From contig OZ037765.1 of the NCBI GenBank assembly GCA_964035545.1, positions 34,347,504-34,411,503 of the forward strand: DNA of 64,000 nt, read 5' to 3'. A program made the translations under genes and the position numbers. Below the pieces are notes generated by a model. That model was not told where the DNA came from and did no database searches. It saw nothing but the letters and a program-made list of their open reading frames with translations. This document shows, piece after piece, positions 13,471 through 27,000 of the stretch (positions are counted from its first letter, which is position 1; the number at the start of each line of letters is the position of its first letter). This DNA is from Bugula neritina. Taxonomy: Eukaryota > Animalia > Bryozoa.

Positions 13471-14092
13471 TACGTTATTTTCACAGCTGCAAGCTGTCCT
13501 ATGCCTGAACTCTCTGTAAACACCATCATACCAGCTAACTGCATTTATTACAAGCTTTTATACACTTCTTGCCTATTGACTGCCATTAATGGACACACAT
13601 TCAAATGAATTCCACTATTTAAAATCTAACAAAGGTCATTGTCAATCATCTATTGCTGAGCAACCTGTCCTGTGATCAAGTAAAAAATTTATTTCTTGCA
13701 GCACTAACTAGCACACACTAAGAGGGAAGTCACTTATCCCTTCCTAGTCATAGTGAGAAGATAATCAAGTCAGTTTATGGAGGATATTATGTAACATATG
13801 CAGATGGTGAAGAGTATCTCAACTCACCTGCTGACTTCATTTTAATTCACTGTAAGTACAATTTATTCAGTTAGTTATTAACTACTAAGAAATGTAGCTG
13901 AATACTAATATATATAAGTTGGTTCCCTTTAGTTTAGGTAAACCAAGTGACACATAATGAGACAGTCCCATAGTTCATTACACATGTCTAAATCCTGAGG
14001 ATGTATTCTTGAAATAACATCAGTTTCAGTGTATTACTAGATCAGCCAGTGTGTTAAGATACACAGCAGCAACTAGAATACTTCTTCAATAC

Positions 14093-14625
14093 CAGTAGTT
14101 CCCAACCTTTTTCATACCACCCCCTTTCATAAACATTTACCATTAATTTTCTCCCTTTCGAAAATGCCATACCAACTTTAAAAAGACTGACACACAACAT
14201 ACGCAATACAAGTCTATATTTTTCTATCATATTTGTTTATAATAATATAATGATAAAACTCAGAATAGTTTAGTTTTTAATTATGTGATAGTTTGCTGGC
14301 TCTGTGTTGTGTCTGCAACTCAAGGCAGTTTCTCTTCTCATTTTCAATAGTATTGATGATAATCTCACCTCACATAGAAAGGTGATGTTGAATGACACGT
14401 CAGAATTCTTAGTGCTTTAAGTGCCAGCTATGAGTGGATACAGTTTGCTTGTTGAAACTCAGTGACCTTGTTAATTGGTAAAAAAATTATTGCAGATTTA
14501 TTAACTATCTGAATAAAATCCTCCTGTAACTCATTTGGAATCTTCAACAGAATATTGGCAAGGGTTATGTTAGCTTGGAATCTTTTGTTGAATGAATGTA
14601 GCTCAGGCATAGACTGCTCACACTC
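14093..14625 (-). mobile_element. hAT (Buster/ZBED8-like) transposon 3' relic
   Basis: Terminal CAGTAGTTCCCAACCTTTTT plus minus-strand fragments IPNELQEDFI and FNITFLCEVRLSS of the hAT C-terminal dimerisation domain. Confidence 0.7.
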
Positions 14626-14645
14626 TGCTGAGAGTTTACCCAGTA

Positions 14646-14716
14646 CTCCCTGTGGTGTAATGGTTAGTAGGCCTGTTGCCAAGTAGAAGGTCTCAGGTTC
14701 TAATCCTAGTGGAGCA
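14646..14716 (+). mobile_element. tRNA-derived SINE-like head / tRNA pseudogene
   Basis: A-box TGGTGTAATGGT and B-box GGTTCTAATCC with a degenerate cloverleaf; duplicate at 19143-19213. Confidence 0.55.
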
Positions 14717-15643
14717 AAAGTTTTATAATGTGTAAAAAAGTTTAAAAAAAAACTGCGGAACATGCTATTTTCCTAATAATTAATTGAGTGTGTGGAAAGA
14801 CACAGCATTTTCATATGTATGTGTGTCTGCCAGAACTTCAGTTTAGCTTTGAATGTGTTGATGCTATGAAAAGCAATGATGTGAGATTGTACTAGTGCAT
14901 GTTAGGTTCAGATTATTTAGTGCAGCAAATATATGGTATGAAATGTTATATAGTTCATAGAGATTGGCTTACATGGCTTCTAAATGTTCCTATTAGGTTT
15001 TACTTTCAAGAAACTGTTTAACCTTTATTTACAGTAACCCAGGTAACAATTGAGGTAGAGTGATTTAATAGACATATGCATGTAGAAGTAAACTTAGATG
15101 AACTAAGATGAAGACTATATAAATATTTTCATAGATATAGATGTACAAGTAACTTGGAAAATAAGCCACAAACTCAAAAGTCGTTAATGAACTGCTTGAA
15201 TTTTTTAAAAATAAAATTCCCCCCAGCATGGTATATAGTCTGTATCTTTGCTATTCAAGTTTATTGTTACACTGAAAAGACTATACACTCTTTGTTATTA
15301 ACTAAATACACTGAATATATTTAGATATCAAGGATTATATTACAAACAAGTTGAGCACAACCTGCGTAATGTTACCATTCATCACAACTACAAAACTCTC
15401 TCCATAGTATATTCATCTATTATTTATAACCACCACCTTCTCAGCTAACAAAGCTTTTCATTACAAGCTATTATACATCTATTTACATTTCTCCTAGTGG
15501 CTACTGTCTAAATTGTCATGTTAGCTGATTGCTAACTAGAATTATTGACTGATACCAAAGAGTATACATAGCTTGAGTGGACATCATTATTCTACATGTG
15601 TCTAAAGCCAATATCAAAGAGCATAAATTTCAACAACCTATTA

Positions 15644-15987
15644 GCCTAGGGCCACACTGTGCGTATTTTCGCATGTGAAAATTAAAATCACAAGTAGCAA
15701 AGGTGTCCACTGTAGCGTCAGTGATGCGTGATAAATAAAGCTTTCCTTTTTAAATCGCACTCGCTGTCAATAAAACGCAATATACTGGAATGTAGCACTA
15801 AAATAAAGAAATTGGGCTCGCTGAATAACTACCAGCCAATTAGGTGACAACAACAGAGACGATTCGCACTTGTGTTGAAAATGCTGAGCGACAAGTGCGA
15901 ATGTTTTCTCAACGCGCACAGTGGACACCTTTGCTACTTGTGATTTCAATTTTCGCATGCGAAAATACGCACCGTGTGGCCCTAGGC
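15644..15987. mobile_element. PIF/Harbinger-like MITE with ~70-bp TIRs
   Basis: GCCTAGGGCCACAC...AAAGGTGTCCACTGT mirrored by ACAGTGGACACCTTT...GTGTGGCCCTAGGC; flanked by TTA / TAA. Confidence 0.8.
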
Positions 15988-16652
15988 TAAGTGACTGAAA
16001 AGTTAGTTCACTTTTGTTGTAGTTGTGAGCAAACTACTAGAATTGTTAGTTATGAATGTGTGTGTTGTAGTTGCTAGAAAATAGTCATATTTTGCTTCAA
16101 GTTTAAGAGAGAGAACTGAGTTTGTAATGGTAGCAGAATGAATATATTTAGATTACTAATATAATACAACAAGCTATACACTAGTTTGCTAGTACTGAGT
16201 CTACTAGCCAGGTGTAGTGTGGGCGCTTGTGAGGGGGTGGGGGACAACGGAGGGAGGCACAACAGTCCAAATTTTGAACTTTTTGCTCTCATTCGTCTGT
16301 TTTTTCAAGTTACTAGTTCAATAATCTCTAGTCTAAATGCTACACCAGTTGTTTATTATAGGTATCAGTTTTCACAAAGTTTGCTAAACTCAAAATGAAA
16401 AGAATTTAGCAATTATTTGATGTTATAAAATCTCTCAGTACATCATCTTACAGGTGTTACTTGATTTTACATCCTTTCTAGAGTATATTATATGATATAA
16501 CTATATGGCTGGTATACATAGTACCAGTATAGATATGTTACAGAAATGTCAAAAGCTAGCTTTAGTTTCTAGTACTCTACCATGTATATAGTTGTTACAG
16601 ATGAGAATGAAGACTATTAAATACAACTAGAGCTGTAACCTGTGACTACAGG

Positions 16653-16689
16653 ATGGGCCAACGTAAATCTGTACCTAGAGACGAATCAA
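16653..16689 (+). pseudogene. Orphan first coding exon of the family ([12 protein letters not shown])
   Basis: Matches 2601-2637 and 43764-43800 including the GTTAGT donor; no LRR-cap exon 2 follows until 44666. Confidence 0.8.
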
Positions 16690-16884
16690 GTTAGTAAATC
16701 ATATAAATACTAAGTAACCATGGTAACTACAAAACTTTATATTTTACTTTTATGTGTTATGACATTTAGGTGTAGTAGTGGAGAAGTGGAGATAGCATAA
16801 GTTCTTTATTGTTCTTAACAAACTATAGGTTGGGGTGCGGGTTTACATTCTCACGAGAACATAACTTCTTTTGCTATATTTCTA

Positions 16885-18280
16885 CATAACTATTATACTG
16901 ACTTATATCATATTATATTATATTACATTATACCATATTATATCATATTATATTATATTATATTATATTATATTGTGTTATAGTGGTGGTCACCTTTCAC
17001 TGCCGTGTGGCCGGATCACACCATATTATATTATAGTATAGTATGTTGTTTTATTATACTGACATATATTATATTATATAACAAATATAATACTGACCTA
17101 TACTATAACATGTTGTTATTGTAACTATTACACTAACCTACATCATATTACATTGTACTATAGTATAATATTATATTAATATACCATAACACATGCAGTA
17201 CAGAGCTATAAATATACTATTATACTGACATATATATAATATTATATGACAAATATGATGCTGACCCATACTATAACATGTTATTATTGTAACTATTACA
17301 CTAACCTACATCATATTATATTGTACTATAGTATATATTATATTATATTAATTTACCATAACACATGCAATACAGAACTATAAACAACATGGCCATGTTA
17401 ATCCTTTACATACAGTTTCACTTAGTGTACAGAGTATACAGAGTAAAATATAAATATATTATGTTATATTTTATTTTCCTTAGAGCTGTGTTCTGCAGTC
17501 CACAACTGAGTAACTATAGTAACCAGAGGGAGTAGTAATGTTGTCTGTATTATGTTGTTAGTGTTTATTATATATTATATAATATTATATTATATTATAT
17601 TATAACAGGATTTGGGATTTCTGATCACCTTGACCTTTGACCGCTTTTGACATTTACAATAACTGTTGAGTGTCTTTTCCTAAACCCCCCCAATCCAAAC
17701 CTATACCCCCATCCCAACTCCCCAAACTCAATATTGTAAATGCGCCACCTATTAAATGCCATCAACTTTTTCACCGATAGTCTAAACACAATATTTTCCT
17801 AAATTCTGAGAATAGCATGTTTATTGTTATACTCTAATGACTATACTGTAGTTATATTACATGTAAACTATATACAGTATCACAGCTACATCTATTACCA
17901 GTCACTATACAGCTATTCACATCTGTCACTATAGTATGTCAACTGCAAGTTTTCCTGTTGGCTGGTTGCCAAAAGTCTTCTATAAACTAGAACTAATACC
18001 AAAGAGTATACATAGCTTGAGTGGGTATCATTATTCTAAAGGTGTCCAACGCCAATACCAAAGAGCATACATTTCAACAACCTATCATATCCTCATATAA
18101 ACACTATTACTTGCAGTGCAGCACTAACTAGCACACACTAAGAGGGAAGTCACTTATCCCTTCCTAGACTCATAGTGAGAAGATAATCAAGTTAGTTTAT
18201 GGAGGATATTATGTAACATATGCAGATGGTGAAGAGTATCTCAACTCACCTGCTGACTTCGTTTTAATTCACTGTAAGTA
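16885..18280 (+). repeat. Local duplication, paralogous to ~890-2230
   Basis: Colinear near-identity, including the 36-bp GC island and the putative 5'UTR exon block. Confidence 0.85.
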
Positions 18281-18514
18281 CAATTTATTCAGTTAGTTAT
18301 TAACTACTAAGAAATGTAGCTGAATACTAATATATATAAGTTGGTTCCCTTTAGTTTAGGTAAACCAAGTGACACATAATGAGACAGTCCCATAGTTCAT
18401 TACACAAGTCTAAATCTTGAGGATGTATTCTTGAAATAACATCAGTTTCAGTGTATTACTAGATCAGCCAGTGTGTTAAGATACATAGCAGCAACTAGAA
18501 TACTTCTTCAATAT

Positions 18515-19110
18515 CAGTAGTTCCCAACCTTTTTCATACCACCCCCTTTCATAGACATTTACCATTAATTTTCTCCCTTTCGAAAATGCCATACCAACTT
18601 TAAAAAGACTGACACACAACATACGCAATACAAGTCTATATTTTTCTATCATATTTGTTTATAATAACATAATGATTACAATATTATTATGCATGTATAA
18701 AACTCAGAATAGTTTAGTTTTTAATTATGTGATAGTTTGCTGGCTCTGTGTTGGACAGGGCACATCTCAGGTCACTTTGCAACTCAAGGCAGTTTCTCTT
18801 CTCATTTTCAATAGTATTGACTATTGATGATAATCTCACCTCACATAGAAAGGTGGTGTTGAATGACACGTCAGAATTCTTAGTGCTTTAATTGCCAGCT
18901 ATGAGTGGATACAGTTTGCTTGTTGAAACTCAGTGATCTTGTTAATTGGTAAAAATTGTATTGCAGAATTACTAACTATCTCAATAAAATCCTCCTGTAA
19001 CTCATTTGGAATCTTTGACAGAAAATTGGCAAGACTTATGTTAGAGTAGAATCTTTTGTTGCATGAATGTAGCTCAGGCATAGACTGTTCACACTCTGCT
19101 AAGAGTTCAA
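18515..19110 (-). mobile_element. hAT (Buster/ZBED8-like) transposon 3' relic, duplicate of 14093
   Basis: Minus strand reads FNTTFLCEVRLSSIVN...KRNCLELQSDLRCALSNTEP, matching the hAT C-terminal TTYLCESGFS...KRNRL...DLRCALS pattern; same terminus. Confidence 0.75.
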
Positions 19111-19142
19111 AGAGAAGCTGGTAGTATTGAGTTTACCCAGTA

Positions 19143-19213
19143 CTCCCTGTGGTGTAATGGTTAGTAGACCTGTTGGCAAGTAGGAGATCTCAGGTTCCAA
19201 TCCTAGGGGAGCA
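19143..19213 (+). mobile_element. tRNA-derived SINE-like head (duplicate)
   Basis: A-box and B-box as at 14646. Confidence 0.55.
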
Positions 19214-22049
19214 AAAGTTTTATAATGTATAGAAAAGTTTAAAACAAAAGAACATGCTATTTTCCTAACAATTAATTGAGTGTGAGGAGAGACACAGCAT
19301 TTTCATATGTATGTGTGTCTGTCAGAACTTCAGTTTAGCTCTGAATGTGTTGATGCTATGAAAAGCAATGATGTGAGATTATTTAGTGCAGCAAATATAA
19401 GGTATGAAATGTTATATAGTTCATAGAGATTGGCTTACATGGCTTCTAAATGTTCCTATTAGGTTTTGCTTTCAAGAAACTGTTTAACCTTTATTTACAG
19501 TAACCCAGGTAAGAGTTAAGGTAGAGTGATTTAATAGACATATATGCATGTAGAAGTAAACTTAGATGAACTAAGATGAAGACTTTATAAATATTTTCAT
19601 AGATATAGATGTACAAGTAACATGGAAAACAAGCCACAAACTCAACAATAGTTAATGAACTGCTTGAATTTTTTAAAAATAAAATCCCCCCAGCATCCTA
19701 TATAGTGTGTATCTCTGCTATTCAAGTTTATTGTTACACTGAAAAGGCTATACAGTCTTTGTTATTAACTAAATACACTGAATAGATTATATATCAGGGA
19801 TTATCAGGGCATAATTTCACAGTATCTCGTCCTCAGACATAACACTTATGTACCAATACGAGATACATTACATCATAATTAAATGTTGTCTATCGGCAAA
19901 AATTTTGCAGTAGCCAATCATAGTACTATAACAGGGCAGTCTGAGTGTAGTATCTCGTTTATCGGCATAATTATAATAGCCCGTAGTTGAAGATGGAGTT
20001 GGAAGCTTTTCAAATACCTCCCGCATATAATAGCATTTATGCTAGTCCTTAAAACTAAATAAACATTATGGTAGACCAATAATCATGAAAGCTCTACTCA
20101 TTTGTAACTGGAGGATTTGCAGCACCACAATACTAAATTTCTTGCATTGGAGGTGCTTAGGCTGTGTTGTCATAGTTATATGTACTTATTGGGGCTTGGT
20201 ATAAAATTAAACCTGACAATTATAACGATTAAAGTATTATTGCTGTGGTTTCAACTGACCAACTTTGGAGTTATTATCTCGATTCTTTGTCAGGAATGGT
20301 TAGATAATTTCATGCAATAATGAGTTTTGGCTTTATATCATTATAAATAATGAGTTTTGGCTTTATATCATTATAAATATCTACATTGATGGCAGCACTG
20401 AGCTAGAATTCTAATATCTTTTCAAGCTCATTGGGTGGCAGCTTATCGGCTAAATTTTATGCAGATATTGAATAATGTGGTTTGATAGTTATGCTATATT
20501 GTTAGGTTCACAAGCATCTTTAAAAAGTTATAATTATTGCGTTGACCATAGGTCAAAAAATTACCTAAAGAGAGGGCAGACAACTCCAAAAGATTGTTTT
20601 CGCAGAAGCAAGTAAAATTTAGCTAAACTGAATACTCCAACTGATCAACATTTTCATCTATTGAAATTGAAGAAAAGTTAAATATTATTATACTATTCTA
20701 ATCATGAATAGGCACAAGCTAAAAAGATATTTATTTCAAAAAATATAAAAAGTAAAGTAACACAACAATGTTTGCAAACGCAGACCTAAAAATGTGAATA
20801 TTCTAGCTTGAAATTAAGTCTGAAATTCAGACTTTTCTAGGTTGAATTGACTTTAATTGACTCACCAGAAAAAACAATTAATAAAATTATAAAGACAAGC
20901 ATATAATGAAAAATGTAGTTCATTAGCAAAACTGGAGGAAAGCACTTTTTTTCTAGAAATTGTTCGATTACATAATACATTTTTGTGCAAATGATATTTT
21001 TTAATGAAATGAAACTGTTGTATTGTTTGGCTAGATGAAGTTTCAAAAGTATTTTTAATATTTTCTCAAATAAAGTAGACATGCACTCCATTTTCACATT
21101 TTTTGGCAAAACATATGATTGGGATTCAGTAGTCAATCAGTTAAGCTTGACACAAGGAGTTGTCACATCCATCCCAAAGAACAAGACCATCTACAATAAC
21201 AAACATGGAAAGTACTTAAAATTACATTTAAGTTTACAATAATCCTTAAAATATATGTTGCCTTCTGCAAATGCTAAATAAAACACGATGTAATGCTATG
21301 TTTACTTAGACTAAATCTTGCTGACTTACAATGAAATTCATTCATTTCAATTTGAAAATTCCTGTCAATAACTTGACTCTATGCTAACAACTAATTGTAA
21401 TACCAAAATCACACTGCTACTTTTAGTTTAGGGAATTTATTTTCATTATTAGTTCAATATTCAGCAGAGGTTTTTCTTTAATGAACAAACAATAGGCATA
21501 CATGCAGATGAAAGATTAGGTCTAGTGAATACTAATTTTGTGCCTAACAAAAAAAAAATGAAAGACTGCATGAAAAACTAACAACTCTAAAAAATTGCAA
21601 TTTGAATGAGGCTCAGGCTTTTAGGTGAGCAAGAGTAACCAGAAGGGCTACTTTAATGGAAGAAATTACTGACTGATTGTGTAGTTGCAGGCTGCATGAT
21701 GTGTTTTGATTGTCACAACCACTTTTGAAAAGGGAAAATCCATTAAATTAAGACTACTGGCAAACAACGGAACGATAAGGAAAAAATACCAAGTAGAAAT
21801 TCACTTCTCAAAGCAAACTGTAGTTAATACATTATAAATGCTTAGAAGAAGCAGGCAATAGTGAATGCTATATAGTGTAGATCAGGATTCTATACAATGA
21901 CAAGTAAACTGAAATTCCAGTGCACTTTGAAACTACTTGTAAGAATGGGCTTAGTGCTTTGTAGTGCCTTGAAATTTTTTCAAGTCTAATTGGCACCATG
22001 CTATTAGAATTCGCAAAGAGATGACCCTTTAAACTTTCACTTTAAACTT

Positions 22050-22460
22050 TAATACCTTCACGATTTTCAGTAAGAAATTCAATTTATCTAGGTCTGAAAT
22101 TTCACCGAGTTGCATTGCAAGCCGCTGGTCAAACTGTTTAGTTTGTGATAACTTAATCAGCTGATTTCAGAATAACAATCATTGGGAATGACATCTTCAT
22201 GTAGATATAGATATTTATGCTTATAATTATATCGGCTGCCTTCATCAATCACCGATACTATGCTGCCAAATCAACTAATTAATTACAGTTGGAAACTTCA
22301 AAGGGCATTGAATAGCAATTAAGCAAGTTATACTTTTAATATTACAAAAAGAACTTATGCATCAATATGATTTAAAATATAGGTGGGCACTCCGCTAGTG
22401 ATATTAACTGAAACTGGAACTTTTTTCATGCAGGAAAAGCAAAAACGCATCTCAACAGAA
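22050..22460 (+). mobile_element. Diverged copy of the MITE family seen at 51859-52305
   Basis: Shared ATACCTTCACGATTTTC...GAAATTTC-CCGAGTTGCATTGCA...CATCAATATGATTT. Confidence 0.6.
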
Positions 22461-23753
22461 ACCCAAAAATTTCCAGCACACTTTATGCTTTGACAACACG
22501 CACACAATAACTTCGTTTATGGTACAAACCTTTTTGTTGATTGTTTTCCAACATTTTCACTAGAGCAAAGCCGAAAGAAATTTGGAAACTGCATAATGAT
22601 GCCAGCCACCGTGGCATCATCTTCTCTGGAAAATTATTGACAAATCATCACCCAAAAACTTCAGCAAAGCCTCCATCAATAGTATGTAATACTTTAGGTG
22701 AAACTAAAAAGAAAGAGACAATATTTTTGTGTAATTTAACCCATCAATAAACGCATCAATATAGTTAGTGTGGCCACGGTTTAAACCTCATTAATTTCAT
22801 GCTATTTAAGGCTTTTACAACTTAAAAGATGTAATTCATCTGCAAGAGAAATGTTAGGTATATGAAATGAGTAGAAGTGCAAAAGCAAGCAGGTATTAAG
22901 GAAGGAAGAGTTAGTAGGTGTACTTTGACTTGCGATAAATCAATGTGATACCAGATGTGAATTTTGAGGTGTGTTTACTCCAATCTCACTGAAAAGGTAG
23001 AAATAGCTAAATTTACGAGACACACAGTATTTTATAAAATACTGCACATTCATTAAAACTTTATAAAACTCTAGTGTGAAGGGTGACTCACACTTTTAAA
23101 CCGTCGATGAGCTAAGTTGTAAAAGTTTGATGAGAACCTTTTACTCTATAAATTTATGCAATATAAAATACTCTCCACATATTCAACAGCTACGAAGTTT
23201 TGTTGAAGATAAACTTCCTCAACAAATATACAGAAAAAAGCTATTTGAAAGCCAAATTTCATTAGCATATTATAAGATTATTTGTGTTTCATCTTTATAA
23301 ACAATGATTTAGTCATTTAACGGATAACTAATGATTTCACTTTGTTTTTCATTCAATAAAAACTAAGTGTAGTTGGTATTAAAAACAGCTTTCATTTCTC
23401 ACTTTTTTTCTCACCCTAATCTGCGTAGGCAAACAATTGGTTTGTTTCAAACACCACAACAGTAAAGCGTGACAGCATAGCCAGTGGAGAAAACAATCAT
23501 CTATACTGCTGGATCAGTGGCAACTTGTGAGTGTGTCAGAGTAGTGTCTTGTTGTGTGACTCTACAAATAAATTATGAATTTGAATATACTACAAAGTTG
23601 CAAACATTGTTTTAACAAAACACAGCATTTATTTGATATTATATGTAAAGCTCAAGTTGGTATAATATATATTAAATAAATTTTAGCTTTCCTTTTGGAT
23701 ACTCTGAAACAAAATAAAAAAATAAACCAAAATTGGGTAAAGCCATGCAAACT

Positions 23754-24057
23754 AGAGAGAGAAAGAGAGTGGGAGAGGGGGGGGGGTGGGAGAGAAAGGT
23801 TAGGAGAAAGGATGGAAGAGAGATGGGGTAGAAGAGAGAAAGGGAGAGAGTCAGAGAGATAGTGGAAAAGGGAAGAGAGAAAGGTTAGGAGAGAAAGAAG
23901 GTGGGAGAGACGGAGAGTGGGAGAGAGAGAAGGTGGGAGAGACAGAGGGTGGGAGAGAGGGAGGGTGGGAGAGAGGGAGGGTGGGAGAGAGGGGGAGAAA
24001 GAGAGAGAGGTTGAGTGGAAGGTGTGGGAGAAAGAGACAGAGAGAGGAGTGAGAGAG
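23754..24057. repeat. GA-rich polypurine low-complexity tract
   Basis: Direct; GGGAGAGA / GGTGGGAGAGA units. Confidence 0.9.
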
Positions 24058-27000
24058 CTTCCAAACTAACACCATTGACTTAAAAAATGTTGATAAAAAC
24101 TGCAGCAAGTCTTTAAAAACGATGCTAGCAAGTTCAAAGCTCACTATAACTTTCAAAATCAATAAAATGTCAAGTTCAAAAAACTCATCTGCGAGCAAAA
24201 AATAGTTACAGAGACAACCAGGTATTGGGCAAGAGCCAGCTAATAGGAGTACCTTTTTAGATAAACTGCATGCAGGCACAGTGAGATAGCATCGGTGAGT
24301 TGTGTCTTCATTTTAATTTCCTAAAAATGAACATAAACAAATGCTAGTAATGAAAGTTTTCAGGGTTATTAAGGGTGCAATTTTATCACTAAACATCATA
24401 GCAATAGCAAAAATTGCTCAGTACAAATTTAAGAAAAATTTCTTTCATCCATTACATAATACCCGAAATCAAATCCATTTATTCAATTCATCAAGCTGAA
24501 AAACCAAGAATAATCAGAAAGACAGTAAAATCACTTTCTAGTAAAAAACAGCTTTAGATCATAATTGTTGGGTTCAGCTCTTAAGCTAAGACACCGATGC
24601 ACTGAAATACGAAAAAGATCAGCATACTTTTGACTGTCACAAAATTTATTTTACGTGCAACAGACATTTTAAGGTCACCCGCCACCCGCGCAGGACCACG
24701 TTGGTGAAAGGTGACCAGATATTTTAAGGTCAATCAAAATCAAGCAAAGTTCATCGTCATATTGCTTACTGCTTAATGCTGCAGCTTATTTTTGCTTACC
24801 AAGTTTCTTTCTGCAGAATAATTGTAGCTAGCTTCTCGATTTGCCATCTTTATTCCAGTCCAGGTTCAAATGACATCTTGATCGTTGCAAATATCCATGC
24901 AAGCTAAAAAATATTTATCAATCAGTACAACAACAGAAATACTTACAATGATCCAAATATTACTATTACATTACTATAACATTACACAGTAACACTATGT
25001 TTATAATTGTAATACGGAAGCATGACTTTGTGGTAGTTTGATATGCTATAGCAAAAGGTAGAAAAATCAACTGAAAAACCGACAGAAATAATCAAGTACA
25101 ATTAACTAAAGTAAATAAACTTACTGAATAGTAAATATTTTACTATACTTAGTGAATTGATTTACTTCCATTAGGTTTACTTTCATGATTAAATGCTTCT
25201 GTCTATTTTCCAGTTTATAGGAATATATTAAAAGTGAAACCAATTATAATTACTATTACCTTATCTAGTTTTGACTATATATTTTTCACAAATATAAACA
25301 TAGTTATATGCGTATTCCTATTGTGACTGCAGATACCATTGCGGTAACTGAAATCAAACTTCATTCTACTTCAAGTTTCAAACATTGTCCCAGTTCAAAG
25401 ACTAACAAGTAAATAATTAATAACTGTGAAAGCTCCAATAAGTTACTTCATTATTAAATAAGATACAACTGATTCTACTGTATATGATACTATGGTATCT
25501 GTATTAAATTAAAAGATAATTATGAAAATCAAAAGTTGTATTTTGAGCACTTATATTATAGTAATTAAATTAACAGCTTAAAATAGGCACATTAAACCAT
25601 GATTGGAATTTTTATCCATTTATCTTTATAATTATATTTATTCTTTATTCTGAAAGTTGACCCAACACTGGTAACAAAACTAAAAGTAATTGATTAAGTA
25701 TGATTTATTCTTACACACTTTACCATTATATTTAGTCTTCCTGACTTTCAGTCTGTCATAGTGATTACTACTATATGAAAATGACTTTGACTTAGGAGTC
25801 ATAATTATAGTCACAGTGTTGATAAGTCAACAGTGTAGGATTAACACAGCACTAGACTAGTACTACCTCCAGCTTTCAAGTTTATGTTAGGGTATCTCTA
25901 AGACTAAAGAGTAACCCTAATAATGTAAGCAAAGAGCAGTGAGTAATAAGCATGCTATTCAACTTCAAGTTTCACTAGTACTATAACCAATACCACATGT
26001 ATTTTAATAAAATTATGTAGCTGGTGAGTGAACTATAAAATTAAATAGGGATCAAACTTTGAGCAATATTAATAGAAATAATATTAGGACAGAGGTTTCC
26101 AATTATTAGTATGTGAAATCAAAGGGGAATGGATAACTACTATTAGTATTATTACATTTACTTTATATTTAGTTTTACCAGTTCGTATTGTGATTATCTT
26201 ACTTTGAATTGTAAAGTATAATAATTATAATATTCATAGTAGTATATTTATATTAGTAATTAATATGTATATTAGTAAAACATTTGTTTTAAGTTGCTTG
26301 TTTATTAAATTATTCTAAATCCTAATAACGATAATCCTAATATTAGTGATAATCATTATGCTCATCACTGTCCCCAAGTGCTATCAGTATGACCATCGCA
26401 ATGTGAACCTAGACGTGAATGTAAAAAGGCACTGCAAAACAGAACATGGGATGGAGGCAGATATCCATACCATAATACAAATATCGATATTGAATTTGAT
26501 AATCATAATTATTATACAAATATAATGATAATAACTACAATGATCAAAAATAAATAATACCAAAGAGTTTTCGAATTACTATTCATAAAATCAAATATCA
26601 CATTTATAAAGATATAATCATATCTATTATTAAATTTAAGTCAATTATACTAATAGCAATAGTAATATAAATAGAAAAAAGAATCATTGACCAGGAGTAG
26701 GTGCAAAATAAAAGTCAATTTTAAGACAAAGAGTAAGAAAAATACTAAATCGATATTTAAAATTACTTATTTTTAATCTTAGTCACTTACAGTCAGTCTT
26801 AGTTTAATTTTTACTACTAAGTCTTTAATTCCAAGTTCATTTTGACAATAAACTTGAAGACTTTAACTAAGAATATGTATAATTCAAAATTCCAAACTGG
26901 TACAAGTAAAAGTTGCTACTGAAGCTTTGTAATATTATTTTAAATTATTGGTATGATAGCATTATATTTTGATTCATAGCAATACTGATAGTGACAATTT

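Larger units (their letters stand above)
13697..15640 (+). repeat. Local duplication, paralogous to 18118-19804 joined to 42880-43200 (provides the empty site of the 23-kb insertion)
   Basis: Colinear near-identity on both sides of the insertion point. Confidence 0.88.

Noticed and set aside
14646-14716. Functional tRNA gene (also 19143 and 39655)
   Set aside because: A and B boxes are present but stems and the anticodon arm do not pair properly; treated as SINE-like.
20837-21136. Minus-strand ORF faintly like a P-element/THAP9 transposase C-terminus
   Set aside because: Resemblance is only compositional and no catalytic motifs were found; a profile search would be needed.
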